In this document: piece after piece, positions 9,556-18,208 of the stretch | Layout: the number at the start of each line of letters is the position of its first letter | Numbering within the stretch: position 1 is the stretch's first letter | IMG/VR virus record: IMGVR_UViG_3300042359_000853 | Coordinates: 163,584 to 227,583 of that record | Length of the DNA stretch: 64,000 nucleotides | Direction: 5' to 3' (one strand) | The notes under the pieces: model-generated | What the model saw: only the letters and a program-made list of their open reading frames with translations | What the model was told of the DNA's origin: nothing | Database searches by the model: none | Program-made: the position numbers and the translations under genes

Positions 9556-9852
9556 TTAATCAAAATTGAAAAAAACTTGAATGAATGGTTCACCAACTCC
9601 ATCCTCAAGACACATTTCTAAAACCCCATCGTATTTAGGAAAAAATCTCATCTCAATTTCATCTAGAAAATCTGTGATTTCAATAAGACGACTTATATCC
9701 TTTAATCCTGGATCATCCAAGAAGCACTGCATATAGAAACCCTCGTCTTCCCACCATACTGAATAGTTGCATATAGCGAACTCTTCAAGATAGGCTTCGA
9801 GCTCTGATAAGATCGCTTCTCTTTCAACTTCTTCCTTTTCACTCAAGGCCAT
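9556..9852 (-). CDS. Acidic hypothetical protein
   Basis: ORF directly downstream of the M28 peptidase gene, same strand. Confidence 0.65.
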   Translation of the reverse strand: MALSEKEEVEREAILSELEAYLEEFAICNYSVWWEDEGFYMQCFLDDPGLKDISRLIEITDFLDEIEMRFFPKYDGVLEMCLEDGVGEPFIQVFFNFD

Positions 9853-9857
9853 ATTGT

Positions 9858-11516
9858 TTAGTCAAATTTGAATTTTATAGTGCCGGTCTCAAATACAATA
9901 GTAGGTTTGAAACCCGTATCGTCAAAAAGTTTTTTGTAGGTTTCAAGCTCTCTTTTCACCGTTAGGATAGGAGTTTCATCTACTGGAAGCAATAGATAGA
10001 AGTTTTCATCATCGGTATAAACCTTTTTTGAGTTGAATAACCTTTGTCTTTTCATCTTCATAATCAGTGAGCCATATTTAGCTGAGATAGATGGATCTAG
10101 ACCTACTTTTCTAGCTATACGAAGATTATTCCAATTTACACCGAGAGTTGCTCTTGCTAATCTTTCGAGAAAAGAAATGTTTTGCATTTCAGTATGTGTA
10201 TGCTCTGAGAAATATCCAACAGAGATGTTTGTACATTCTGGTATAAGATCCATAAATGATGCTGAATCGGTGAACACACCGGTGTTATCTAACCTCATCT
10301 GCATACCATTCGCGTTAAGTTCATCACATAGACTTTGAGCAAAGACGTTTGAGCAACAAGTTTGAGAAAGTTGAGAAGTGATTACTGAGAAATAGTTTCT
10401 TCTATCAAAAGAAATACATTTTTTCATACCTCTAAGATGTTGTATAGTATCAAAGTTTTCAGCTACTTTACTAGATCCAATAGCCCCGCGCTCTTCACCA
10501 ATAAAGAAGTAATACACACCAGGTATTCTGTTAGCAATCATATAAAGAAGTATAGTAACACCAGCCTTATCATCAGCTCCAAGTATAGATGTTCCATCAG
10601 TTACAAAAATTTCATCTCCGTTCTCGGTATAGGAAAGAACTCTAACTGCACTTTTAGTTCTTGATGCTGTGTCAGTGTGACAAGTAAACATGGTATCAGA
10701 ATTTCCGATGACTAAGTAGTAGTTTCCCCACTGGTCCTTTTGTAGACCAGGAACAGGTAGATATTCCATGACTTCTTCTTCGTGTCCATGTGGATAAGTC
10801 TCAGTTGTAAGAGATAAGAAAGTAGATCGAACGTCTTTTGGATCATATTGAAATGGACGAACCGTTACTGGATCCCCTTTAGCTACTGAATAATATTTAC
10901 TACCATAACTAGATCCGTAACCATAAGATGTTCCGGTTCCCCAACTTTTGTTGCCACTTTTAGATGACCACGAACCCGAACCACCATACAATTCAACATC
11001 TGAACCATCGTAATAATCATAATCATCATCACGAGCACCTTTAGAAGTAGAAGTTGATCCAGAAGTTTTGCTCAAACTAGGAATAAGAGGTTTTTTCTGA
11101 ACCCAACGATTATAATAGATCAAAAAGTTCTGAACAAGGGAGTCTAATTGTTTTTTGGTGTATTTAGAAGAAAAATCCGGATTTTTACCCATGAAATATT
11201 TTAGAAGAGCACTCACACCAATCACACCGGTCTTTTCTCCAAGTACGACATCAAAATAATCAGGTGAAGTAGAGCAGTCTAAAGTTTTCAGATTTATCTT
11301 GTTTTCATACTTATCATTTTGGTGTAGATCGAAGAAAAACTCACAAACAACAATTGTTTCATCCAACGACTTTGATGTTTTATCATTAACTTTGGCTTTA
11401 TCATAGGATAAATCTGATAGATCGCCGAGCATCACCCAAAATCCATCTGTGAAATTAATTAGTGGCCCGGATTCTCCACCTTCTAACATTTCTATTTTTT
11501 CTTTTTCTTTTTGCAT
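9858..11516 (-). CDS. M28/M20-clan metallopeptidase with ~220-aa N-terminal extension
   Basis: CHTDT, LGADDKAG, GEERG, SFDRR and SEHT metal-ligand motifs. Confidence 0.85.
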   Translation of the reverse strand: MQKEKEKIEMLEGGESGPLINFTDGFWVMLGDLSDLSYDKAKVNDKTSKSLDETIVVCEFFFDLHQNDKYENKINLKTLDCSTSPDYFDVVLGEKTGVIGVSALLKYFMGKNPDFSSKYTKKQLDSLVQNFLIYYNRWVQKKPLIPSLSKTSGSTSTSKGARDDDYDYYDGSDVELYGGSGSWSSKSGNKSWGTGTSYGYGSSYGSKYYSVAKGDPVTVRPFQYDPKDVRSTFLSLTTETYPHGHEEEVMEYLPVPGLQKDQWGNYYLVIGNSDTMFTCHTDTASRTKSAVRVLSYTENGDEIFVTDGTSILGADDKAGVTILLYMIANRIPGVYYFFIGEERGAIGSSKVAENFDTIQHLRGMKKCISFDRRNYFSVITSQLSQTCCSNVFAQSLCDELNANGMQMRLDNTGVFTDSASFMDLIPECTNISVGYFSEHTHTEMQNISFLERLARATLGVNWNNLRIARKVGLDPSISAKYGSLIMKMKRQRLFNSKKVYTDDENFYLLLPVDETPILTVKRELETYKKLFDDTGFKPTIVFETGTIKFKFD

Positions 11517-11524
11517 GGTTTTAT

Positions 11525-12022
11525 TTATTTTTGATTGGTATAGTTTTTAAAACTTAATATTTTTGATTCGTTTTTGGGTGTCTCTTCAACTGATATTTTA
11601 ATAATACTTGGAAGATTTTTATACATATCGCAAAATTGATCTAGGCTATCAAAGTAGCAAAATATATATTTATGGATATCAATCTCGTCGAGAATGTATC
11701 TCACACCACCATGAAGAAGGTAACCACCCACATTCCTTCTTTTCAATAGATAACCTTTGAAATAAATTCTCTCCTTACCAAAACCACCATATCCACGTGA
11801 AAAATCATAGTGGGTAAAAGTTTTAGAAGGTTCTCCAAACTCAATACCTTTAAGATCTCCAGTAAGTAGATTTAGTTTATTTATTTCATCTTTTTCAAAG
11901 TGAGCCCTATATCTTGATTGATTAAGAAAATCAGTTATCTCAATCTCGTTGGGAAGTTCTAAAATTGTTGCATTTTTAGAGTCTTTTATCGACAAACGTT
12001 CTAAAGTAGAAATATTTTTCAT
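11525..12022 (-). CDS. Hypothetical protein
   Basis: ORF with upstream AATATATA element; C-terminal NESKILSFKNY motif. Confidence 0.65.
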   Translation of the reverse strand: MKNISTLERLSIKDSKNATILELPNEIEITDFLNQSRYRAHFEKDEINKLNLLTGDLKGIEFGEPSKTFTHYDFSRGYGGFGKERIYFKGYLLKRRNVGGYLLHGGVRYILDEIDIHKYIFCYFDSLDQFCDMYKNLPSIIKISVEETPKNESKILSFKNYTNQK

Positions 12023-12047
12023 ACAGGGTATATATTATTTTCAAAAC

Positions 12048-12377
12048 TTATAAAAGTCTATTTAGTTGAGATAAACCCTGATAAATATCAATAACTCGTA
12101 GTTTTAGAACAGATTGAGTTGATGGTGATGTCATCGATTGACCTTCTCTACGAATAAAGGCAGTTATATAAACAACATCCCCTCTTTTTACTTCTTTGTT
12201 AGCTAAATCTGTATTTACTGCTATTAAGTTTTCATTGGCACCAGAAGTAGATTCTTTTTCAGGTTCTACGAAAATATCAACAATAGATTCTATTTCGATT
12301 TTACCAGAAATCTCGTCAGAATCGAGATTTAATTTTTTATCTTCTACGTCAGAAGAGAGATTTGTAAATTTCTTCAT
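12048..12377 (-). CDS. Hypothetical protein
   Basis: ORF divergent from 12423 across an ATATATATA element. Confidence 0.65.
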   Translation of the reverse strand: MKKFTNLSSDVEDKKLNLDSDEISGKIEIESIVDIFVEPEKESTSGANENLIAVNTDLANKEVKRGDVVYITAFIRREGQSMTSPSTQSVLKLRVIDIYQGLSQLNRLL

Positions 12378-12422
12378 TAAACAATCGGTTTTTAATATAT
12401 ATATAAAATTTAAAGGAATAAA

Positions 12423-13739
12423 ATGTCAAAATTAGTAAACTTGAACACAATCAGTGATTCAGACCAAATCGATAAGATCTTGGATTCTGATCTGATGATA
12501 TTTGAAGATGTTCAAGGATCAAAAATATTAGTTCAATGGGATGGTGAAAAATTCACGATAAAACCAAAATCTTTATCTTCAGAACCTATCAACCTAGTTG
12601 ATTTAGCTATGCAGAACTATTATAACGCGGCTTTTGACTACCTTAATTCGTTAGATAAAAGAGTGAAAACATTACTCAATAAAAAGTGGTGGTATGTTTT
12701 TGAGTATTTCTCTGATAATCAACCTGCTAATATAGCTTACACAAGAACCCCAAAAAACGGATTAGTTCTAACATCCATCATTAAAGGTCGTGATTATAAC
12801 TATACTATCGAGGAGCTTGATGAATATTCCAGACTTTTCAATGTTGATCCTCTGCCGATTATTTTTCGGGGAAGACTTTCACAAAAAACAAGAGAAGCTA
12901 TTAAATATTTTCTCAACACCTCTGAGAAAGATTTAGAATATGTTTTTGGTGAAAAATCTTTTGCTTTTTTCTTTTACAAAATACTTAACCCTAACACACA
13001 AAACTCTTTTCTGATGGAAGATGAGTTTCAAAATAATCTAGAAAAACTGATTATTAAAACACCAGATACCGAAACAACATTTGCTATCTTAAATCCACTC
13101 TATAAAAAAATATCTGATAATGGATCTACTGAATTTGTTGAAGTATATACTCTTATTTTAGTTAACTTTTTGAGTTTTTGTCAATCCGTGGATCTGAAAC
13201 GTATAAAGTTGGATGCCACCAATCGTGAAGAAGCCTATATTAGCCTAATATGTAAACTATTTAATGTGTATATGACCGAGGTTAAATCTGATGTTTTAGA
13301 TTTTGAGTTTACGATACCTCATTTTTTCAATAAAGATAAGTTTAAAATAAATCGTGAGCTTATTTCTGATGTAGCTACAAAGAATATTATCTCACAAGAT
13401 CCGAAAATAGAATATATCTTCAAAGTGGTCCTGGGATCATTCAACAGAAAAAAGAAAAAACCGATTGGTGTTTTTAATAATAATACCTTAAATCTTTTCA
13501 ATAATTTTGTAGATACTTTAGAAGCTCGTGTTGATGAGTATCTTAACAAAAAATCAGAAATAGAACTCACCAAAAAGGGTCTTCTAGATTTTAGTGATTA
13601 TTTTGATATTAAATATGATACTGATTCACAAGGTCAAGTTTATCCAGATGTCTATAAAGAGTTTGAGAAGGGAGCTGATGAGAAATCTAAAAAAGATAAA
13701 TCACCAAAAGGATTCTCAATTCCAGAAAAAAAACCTTGA
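12423..13739 (+). CDS. Hypothetical protein with degenerate RNA-ligase-2-like nucleotidyltransferase motifs
   Basis: FEDVQGSKILVQWDG resembles motif I (EKxDGxN) without the Lys; YVFEYF, DPLPIIFRG and LEKLIIK resemble later motifs. The CDS is confident; the family assignment is tentative. Confidence 0.5.
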   Translation: MSKLVNLNTISDSDQIDKILDSDLMIFEDVQGSKILVQWDGEKFTIKPKSLSSEPINLVDLAMQNYYNAAFDYLNSLDKRVKTLLNKKWWYVFEYFSDNQPANIAYTRTPKNGLVLTSIIKGRDYNYTIEELDEYSRLFNVDPLPIIFRGRLSQKTREAIKYFLNTSEKDLEYVFGEKSFAFFFYKILNPNTQNSFLMEDEFQNNLEKLIIKTPDTETTFAILNPLYKKISDNGSTEFVEVYTLILVNFLSFCQSVDLKRIKLDATNREEAYISLICKLFNVYMTEVKSDVLDFEFTIPHFFNKDKFKINRELISDVATKNIISQDPKIEYIFKVVLGSFNRKKKKPIGVFNNNTLNLFNNFVDTLEARVDEYLNKKSEIELTKKGLLDFSDYFDIKYDTDSQGQVYPDVYKEFEKGADEKSKKDKSPKGFSIPEKKP

Positions 13740-13861
13740 ACTTTTAATCTATAATATCATACCTATTAGGTATTATAAATAATTATATTTTTTATAGTAA
13801 AATATAGAAAAAAAGTTGAAAAAATACTACTTTACAGATTTATATTTTAATATATAGATCT

Positions 13862-14431
13862 ATGAAATATAAAGTAAGTGAATATGCTAAATTGAAAAAC
13901 GTTACCTACCGAACCGTTTGGAACTGGATAAAATCAAATAAGATAGACTATCAAACTACAAACACCGGTGGTCTGGTTATAGTTGAAGAAGATCCCAATT
14001 CAAATAAAGAGGTAGCAGTTTATGCTCGTGTTTCTTCATCAGAGAATAAAGATAATCTAGAAAGACAGAAAAATAGATTATTGGACTATTGTGCTTCTAG
14101 AGGATATAAAGTTTCTAGTATAGTAACAGAGATTGGATCTGGATTGAACGATAAAAGACCAAAATTAGAAAAAATTCTAACAAATAGATCTATAAGTATA
14201 ATTGTAGTTGAACATCGGGATAGATTATCAAGATTTGGATTTAATTATATAGAAAAACTATTAAATTCAAATGATAGAAGGATAGAGGTAATAAATGAGC
14301 CTCTTAATGAAAAAGAAGATTTAATACAAGACTTTGTATCTATAATTACTAGTTTTACCGCTAGATTGTATGGACAAAGAAGAAGTAAAAGAAGAACCGA
14401 ATTTCTTATAAAAAATCTACAAAGTGAATGA
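13862..14431 (+). CDS. tnpA: IS607 transposase TnpA (MerR-like HTH + serine recombinase)
   Basis: N-terminal HTH, VAVYARVSS catalytic motif, EIGSGLN, VEHRDRLSRFG, EDLIQDFVSIITSF. Confidence 0.95.
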   Translation: MKYKVSEYAKLKNVTYRTVWNWIKSNKIDYQTTNTGGLVIVEEDPNSNKEVAVYARVSSSENKDNLERQKNRLLDYCASRGYKVSSIVTEIGSGLNDKRPKLEKILTNRSISIIVVEHRDRLSRFGFNYIEKLLNSNDRRIEVINEPLNEKEDLIQDFVSIITSFTARLYGQRRSKRRTEFLIKNLQSE

Positions 14432-15597
14432 TCCTAGTTGAAAAGCACATAATTAGATCAGGTAAATATTTCAATCAACTAATGGAAGTTACTAGATTGA
14501 GTAAAAATCTTTATAATTCTGGTTTGTATGCTGTGAGGCAGCACTATTTTGAATACAAGAAGTTCTTAAATTATGTAAATCTTAATAATATGTTTGTTGA
14601 ACAGAAACAACAAGATTATTACAAACTACCAGCAAAGGTTAGCCAACAAACACTGAAAATGGTGGAACAAAATTTCAAATCATTTTTTGGATTACTAAAA
14701 TCTGAAAAAACTAAAAAGGTAAAAATACCTAAATATCTGGATAAAAATTCCAGTTTTTTAACAATTTGGACAAATCAAGCAGTTTCTCTCAAAAAGAAGG
14801 GTTACTTAAAGCTATCAGGAACTGATGTCTATATCAAAACAGATATTGATCATATCAATCAAGTTAGAGTTGTTCCTAGAAATAATGAGTTAGTAGTAGA
14901 GATATTATATGAAGTCCGGGAAAATGATTTAAAGAAAGATAACGGAAAATATTCATCTATAGATCTTGGCATCAATAATCTCATGACTTTATCGGGAAAC
15001 ACAACAAAACCTATTATAGTCAATGGGAAACCACTAAAATCTATTAATCAGTATTACAACAAGAAAAAATCCGAAATTCAGGGTAAATTAGAAACAATCA
15101 ACAAAACAAAAAAGAGCAAAAAATTAAATAAACTAACAAACAAAAGAAACAACAAAATAAATGATTATCTACACAAATCAAGTAAAATAATTATCAATCA
15201 TTTAGTTTCCAAAGATATATGTACTTTAATAGTTGGATACAATCAATACTGGAAACAAGAGATAAATATTGGAAAAAAGAATAATCAGAATTTTGTTTCA
15301 ATTCCCTATCTAAAATTATTAAATATGTTAGAATACAAATGTAAAAAAGAAGGCATTAACTTTGTCAAAAACGAGGAGAGTTATACATCCAAGTGCTCGT
15401 TTATAGATGGTGAGGAAATTAAAAAACATACAAAATATTTAGGTAAAAGAATAAAAAGAGGATTATTCGAGAGCGCGTCTGGTAAATTGATAAATGCGGA
15501 TTTGAATGGATCTCTAAATATTCTCAAAAAAGTAGTTGGGGAATTTCAGTACCCAATAGAGGTGTGTAGCACGCCAAAAGTTATTAATTTAGCTTAG
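14428..15597 (+). CDS. tnpB: TnpB RNA-guided endonuclease (rearranged RuvC-II type)
   Basis: RuvC-I SIDLGINNL; IVGYN at the canonical RuvC-II site; downstream EESYTSK; RuvC-III INADLNGSLNI. Confidence 0.92.
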   Translation: MILVEKHIIRSGKYFNQLMEVTRLSKNLYNSGLYAVRQHYFEYKKFLNYVNLNNMFVEQKQQDYYKLPAKVSQQTLKMVEQNFKSFFGLLKSEKTKKVKIPKYLDKNSSFLTIWTNQAVSLKKKGYLKLSGTDVYIKTDIDHINQVRVVPRNNELVVEILYEVRENDLKKDNGKYSSIDLGINNLMTLSGNTTKPIIVNGKPLKSINQYYNKKKSEIQGKLETINKTKKSKKLNKLTNKRNNKINDYLHKSSKIIINHLVSKDICTLIVGYNQYWKQEINIGKKNNQNFVSIPYLKLLNMLEYKCKKEGINFVKNEESYTSKCSFIDGEEIKKHTKYLGKRIKRGLFESASGKLINADLNGSLNILKKVVGEFQYPIEVCSTPKVINLA

Positions 15598-15633
15598 AAA
15601 CTTTTTCTATGGATTTCCATAAAATTAGTAGCT

Positions 15634-16791
15634 ATGAACAAGGATTATTTACTTCACCATTATCCAACCTATTTAGATAGATATTTTTCTGGGAAAACTA
15701 TAAAATTTCGAGATCAAATTTTGAAGCGTGATTATTTTGTTCATCTGATCTCTTCGCTACTTACTAAATATTATTACACTAAAGAGAACGAGTTCAAGTT
15801 GAATGCTACTATCTTAAGAGAAACTTATGGTAAGTGGTATAACTATTATATGGAATATTTAGTTCATAACGGTATTCTTATTGTTTATAAAAATCATCAA
15901 AGGGGTAGGCGGTCAAGAATCTACCAGCTCTCTATCTCTATCTTAACGAGTCCTGTAAGTAGATATCTGAATGGTGATGAGATTTTGTTGAAAAAAAGAA
16001 AAAAATGGACAGATTATAATCTCAAATCAAGTGAATCACCTATTTGTATGGAGATAAGACAAAGGTTGATAGAAGATTTATATAGCGTTCAAATACAATA
16101 TGATAAGGCTTGTTTTGAACTCTTATCAAAAGAACACCTCTCTCGAGTTGAACTTGAAAGAAATAACTTCGCGGTGGAATGTATTCGTGAAGGCGAAATC
16201 TATTTTCACTTTGATGATTATGGAAGATTTCACACACCTTTCACTATACTTCCCAAAAACGTTAGAAATAACTGCCTTACTATTCAAAATAGTGATATCA
16301 CAGAGATTGATATACCAAACTCACAGCCACTATTCCTTCTAAAACTCATTCAGATGAATAGGCACATTCCGATAGAAGAGGTAGAGTATGAACTATTCTC
16401 AGAATTAGTTAGAGATGGAGTTTTCTATAAACATCTTTCTAAAATCTCTGGAAATAAAAATGTTAAAGAAGTGAAAAAAAATGTTTTTGAGATCTTTTTC
16501 GGACATAATAATCAAAACTCTACATCTAGATTATTTTCTGGTTTTTTTCCAAGTATCTTTAATTTTCTAAGGGTCATTAAAAGGGAACGTGGTGATTACC
16601 GATGGGTTTCCCATCAACTACAAAGATTAGAATCAGATTTTATTTTCAATAAAGTTATTAAAAAAATCTATAGTAGAGATCCCAATATCAAACTATTCAC
16701 GGTTCATGATAGTATTTTTTGTAGAAAAGATAGGGTTGGGTTTGTAGATAACATCTTTATTTCAGAAATAAAAAAAGAGTTTGATTTCTAA
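15634..16791 (+). CDS. Compact PolA/T7-RNA-polymerase-superfamily palm protein
   Basis: FHFDDYGRFH, EIDIPNSQP (motif A Asp), KKNVFEIFFG (Kx7FG, motif B), TVHDSI (motif C). Confidence 0.6.
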   Translation: MNKDYLLHHYPTYLDRYFSGKTIKFRDQILKRDYFVHLISSLLTKYYYTKENEFKLNATILRETYGKWYNYYMEYLVHNGILIVYKNHQRGRRSRIYQLSISILTSPVSRYLNGDEILLKKRKKWTDYNLKSSESPICMEIRQRLIEDLYSVQIQYDKACFELLSKEHLSRVELERNNFAVECIREGEIYFHFDDYGRFHTPFTILPKNVRNNCLTIQNSDITEIDIPNSQPLFLLKLIQMNRHIPIEEVEYELFSELVRDGVFYKHLSKISGNKNVKEVKKNVFEIFFGHNNQNSTSRLFSGFFPSIFNFLRVIKRERGDYRWVSHQLQRLESDFIFNKVIKKIYSRDPNIKLFTVHDSIFCRKDRVGFVDNIFISEIKKEFDF

Positions 16792-16815
16792 TCTTCTTTT
16801 TTAATATATACCTTC

Positions 16816-17355
16816 ATGTTTGATTCTCTACATCAGTCAAGTTTTATTATCTTTTTCGATTATGATCACGCTCAAAAATCTATTATAGAATCCATTCTTT
16901 ATTCAAGAAATTGGTTTATTCGTAATATATCTAAAGTGGACGATACACTTACAAGTGAAGCTCTTTTTTGCTACACACTTGATGATGTAAACTTGAAATC
17001 TGAAGCTCTGTATCTTTTACAAAAAACAGGCCTTCGTCACTGCGTTGTTTCTATTGAAAACTCTCTATTCATACTGACTCGTTCGAATGAATCTATAAAA
17101 ATTTCTAGAGTAGTAGATGAGAACGATATCGAGCCGGTGATATTATACTTTATCATTCAAAATATGCCCTATAGATTTGTAAGAGAAAAAACTTATAATC
17201 TGGTTTCTATGAAAGAAGATTTAGAAAATGGAACCCAAGTTCAAGTTTTAGACGGTAAGGTGTGGATTGACATGGTTGTAGAAGATTTAGATAGTGAATG
17301 GAAAAACCTCTACGGAATCCTATCTAAATACGGCAGGGTTCGTATTCAAAGATAA
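16816..17355 (+). CDS. Hypothetical protein
   Basis: ORF preceded by AATATATA. Confidence 0.65.
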   Translation: MFDSLHQSSFIIFFDYDHAQKSIIESILYSRNWFIRNISKVDDTLTSEALFCYTLDDVNLKSEALYLLQKTGLRHCVVSIENSLFILTRSNESIKISRVVDENDIEPVILYFIIQNMPYRFVREKTYNLVSMKEDLENGTQVQVLDGKVWIDMVVEDLDSEWKNLYGILSKYGRVRIQR

Positions 17356-17362
17356 AAAATAT

Positions 17363-18109
17363 TTAGGCCAATCGATTAGAAAGGCCTATTTTAGGTCTCG
17401 AGTTGTTGATATAAGCCTCTAAGTTCTTATCATCGATCATCCTGAATTGATTGAATAGTTGAAGATTTTTCTGGTAGAGTTCCATATCGGGTTGGCCTCT
17501 GTGGTGCCAAAAATGAAATGCTCGATAGGGCATTTGGTGGTTAGATAGAAGACGAGATACTTTAACACTCTGCGCATCGTCTTCGGCTCCCCAACCGATA
17601 TATTCTTCAGGCCATCCGGCAATTCTTTCGATAGCAGGTCTTCTAAAAATAGTAATACCTCCACAGAAAGGAACTTTTTGATGATCGTTTTCACCTCTAC
17701 CTGGACGGTTGATTCCTAAAATTTGATTGAAATCAAGATTATTCTCCCACTCCTCTAGATCAACTACTGATTTGTAGGGATTCACTACATCGTAGAACTG
17801 CGTTTGATTGAGTGAATCAATTAGTTCATTTGGATTCATAATCACATCGGCATCTCCAAAGACCACAACCTGACTAGTTGAGTGTTTAAGACCTACGTTA
17901 TAGGCTAAAGATTTAATGAAAGGCCCGTCGTTATACATAAAAATATGTTTACCTGGTAGGTTTAGATGATCGATTTTGGTGTTTCTATCTTGTTCTACTA
18001 CAATAATTTCAACACCCTGAAAACCGGACACCCATTCAAGGACTTTTCTTAGGTTCATAATCCTATCTTGTGAAAATCTGAAAGCTATAATAAATGAGAA
18101 TGGAGGCAC
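17363..18109 (-). CDS. GT-A fold glycosyltransferase (GT2/GT7C galactosyltransferase-like)
   Basis: IIVVEQD, K..AYNVG, FGDADV (DxD), GWPEEYIGWGAEDD, FHFWH. Confidence 0.85.
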   Translation of the reverse strand: MPPFSFIIAFRFSQDRIMNLRKVLEWVSGFQGVEIIVVEQDRNTKIDHLNLPGKHIFMYNDGPFIKSLAYNVGLKHSTSQVVVFGDADVIMNPNELIDSLNQTQFYDVVNPYKSVVDLEEWENNLDFNQILGINRPGRGENDHQKVPFCGGITIFRRPAIERIAGWPEEYIGWGAEDDAQSVKVSRLLSNHQMPYRAFHFWHHRGQPDMELYQKNLQLFNQFRMIDDKNLEAYINNSRPKIGLSNRLA

Positions 18110-18208
18110 TTTATGTTATTTTTTCTTTTTATAGTTTTTTTTAGACTATAAGTTTTTTTTTCATAGAATATAGCTGGAAATTAAAAAATATTCCGTAACT
18201 TTGCTATT

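Larger units (their letters stand above)
13750..15633 (+). mobile_element. IS607-family insertion sequence (tnpA + tnpB); ends approximate
   Basis: Serine-recombinase tnpA overlapping tnpB by 4 nt (ATGA), the canonical IS607 layout; ends cannot be fixed without an empty site. Confidence 0.85.

Noticed and set aside
14428-15597. Cas12f/type V CRISPR effector
   Set aside because: Overlaps an IS607 tnpA, and no array or cas1/cas2 is present.
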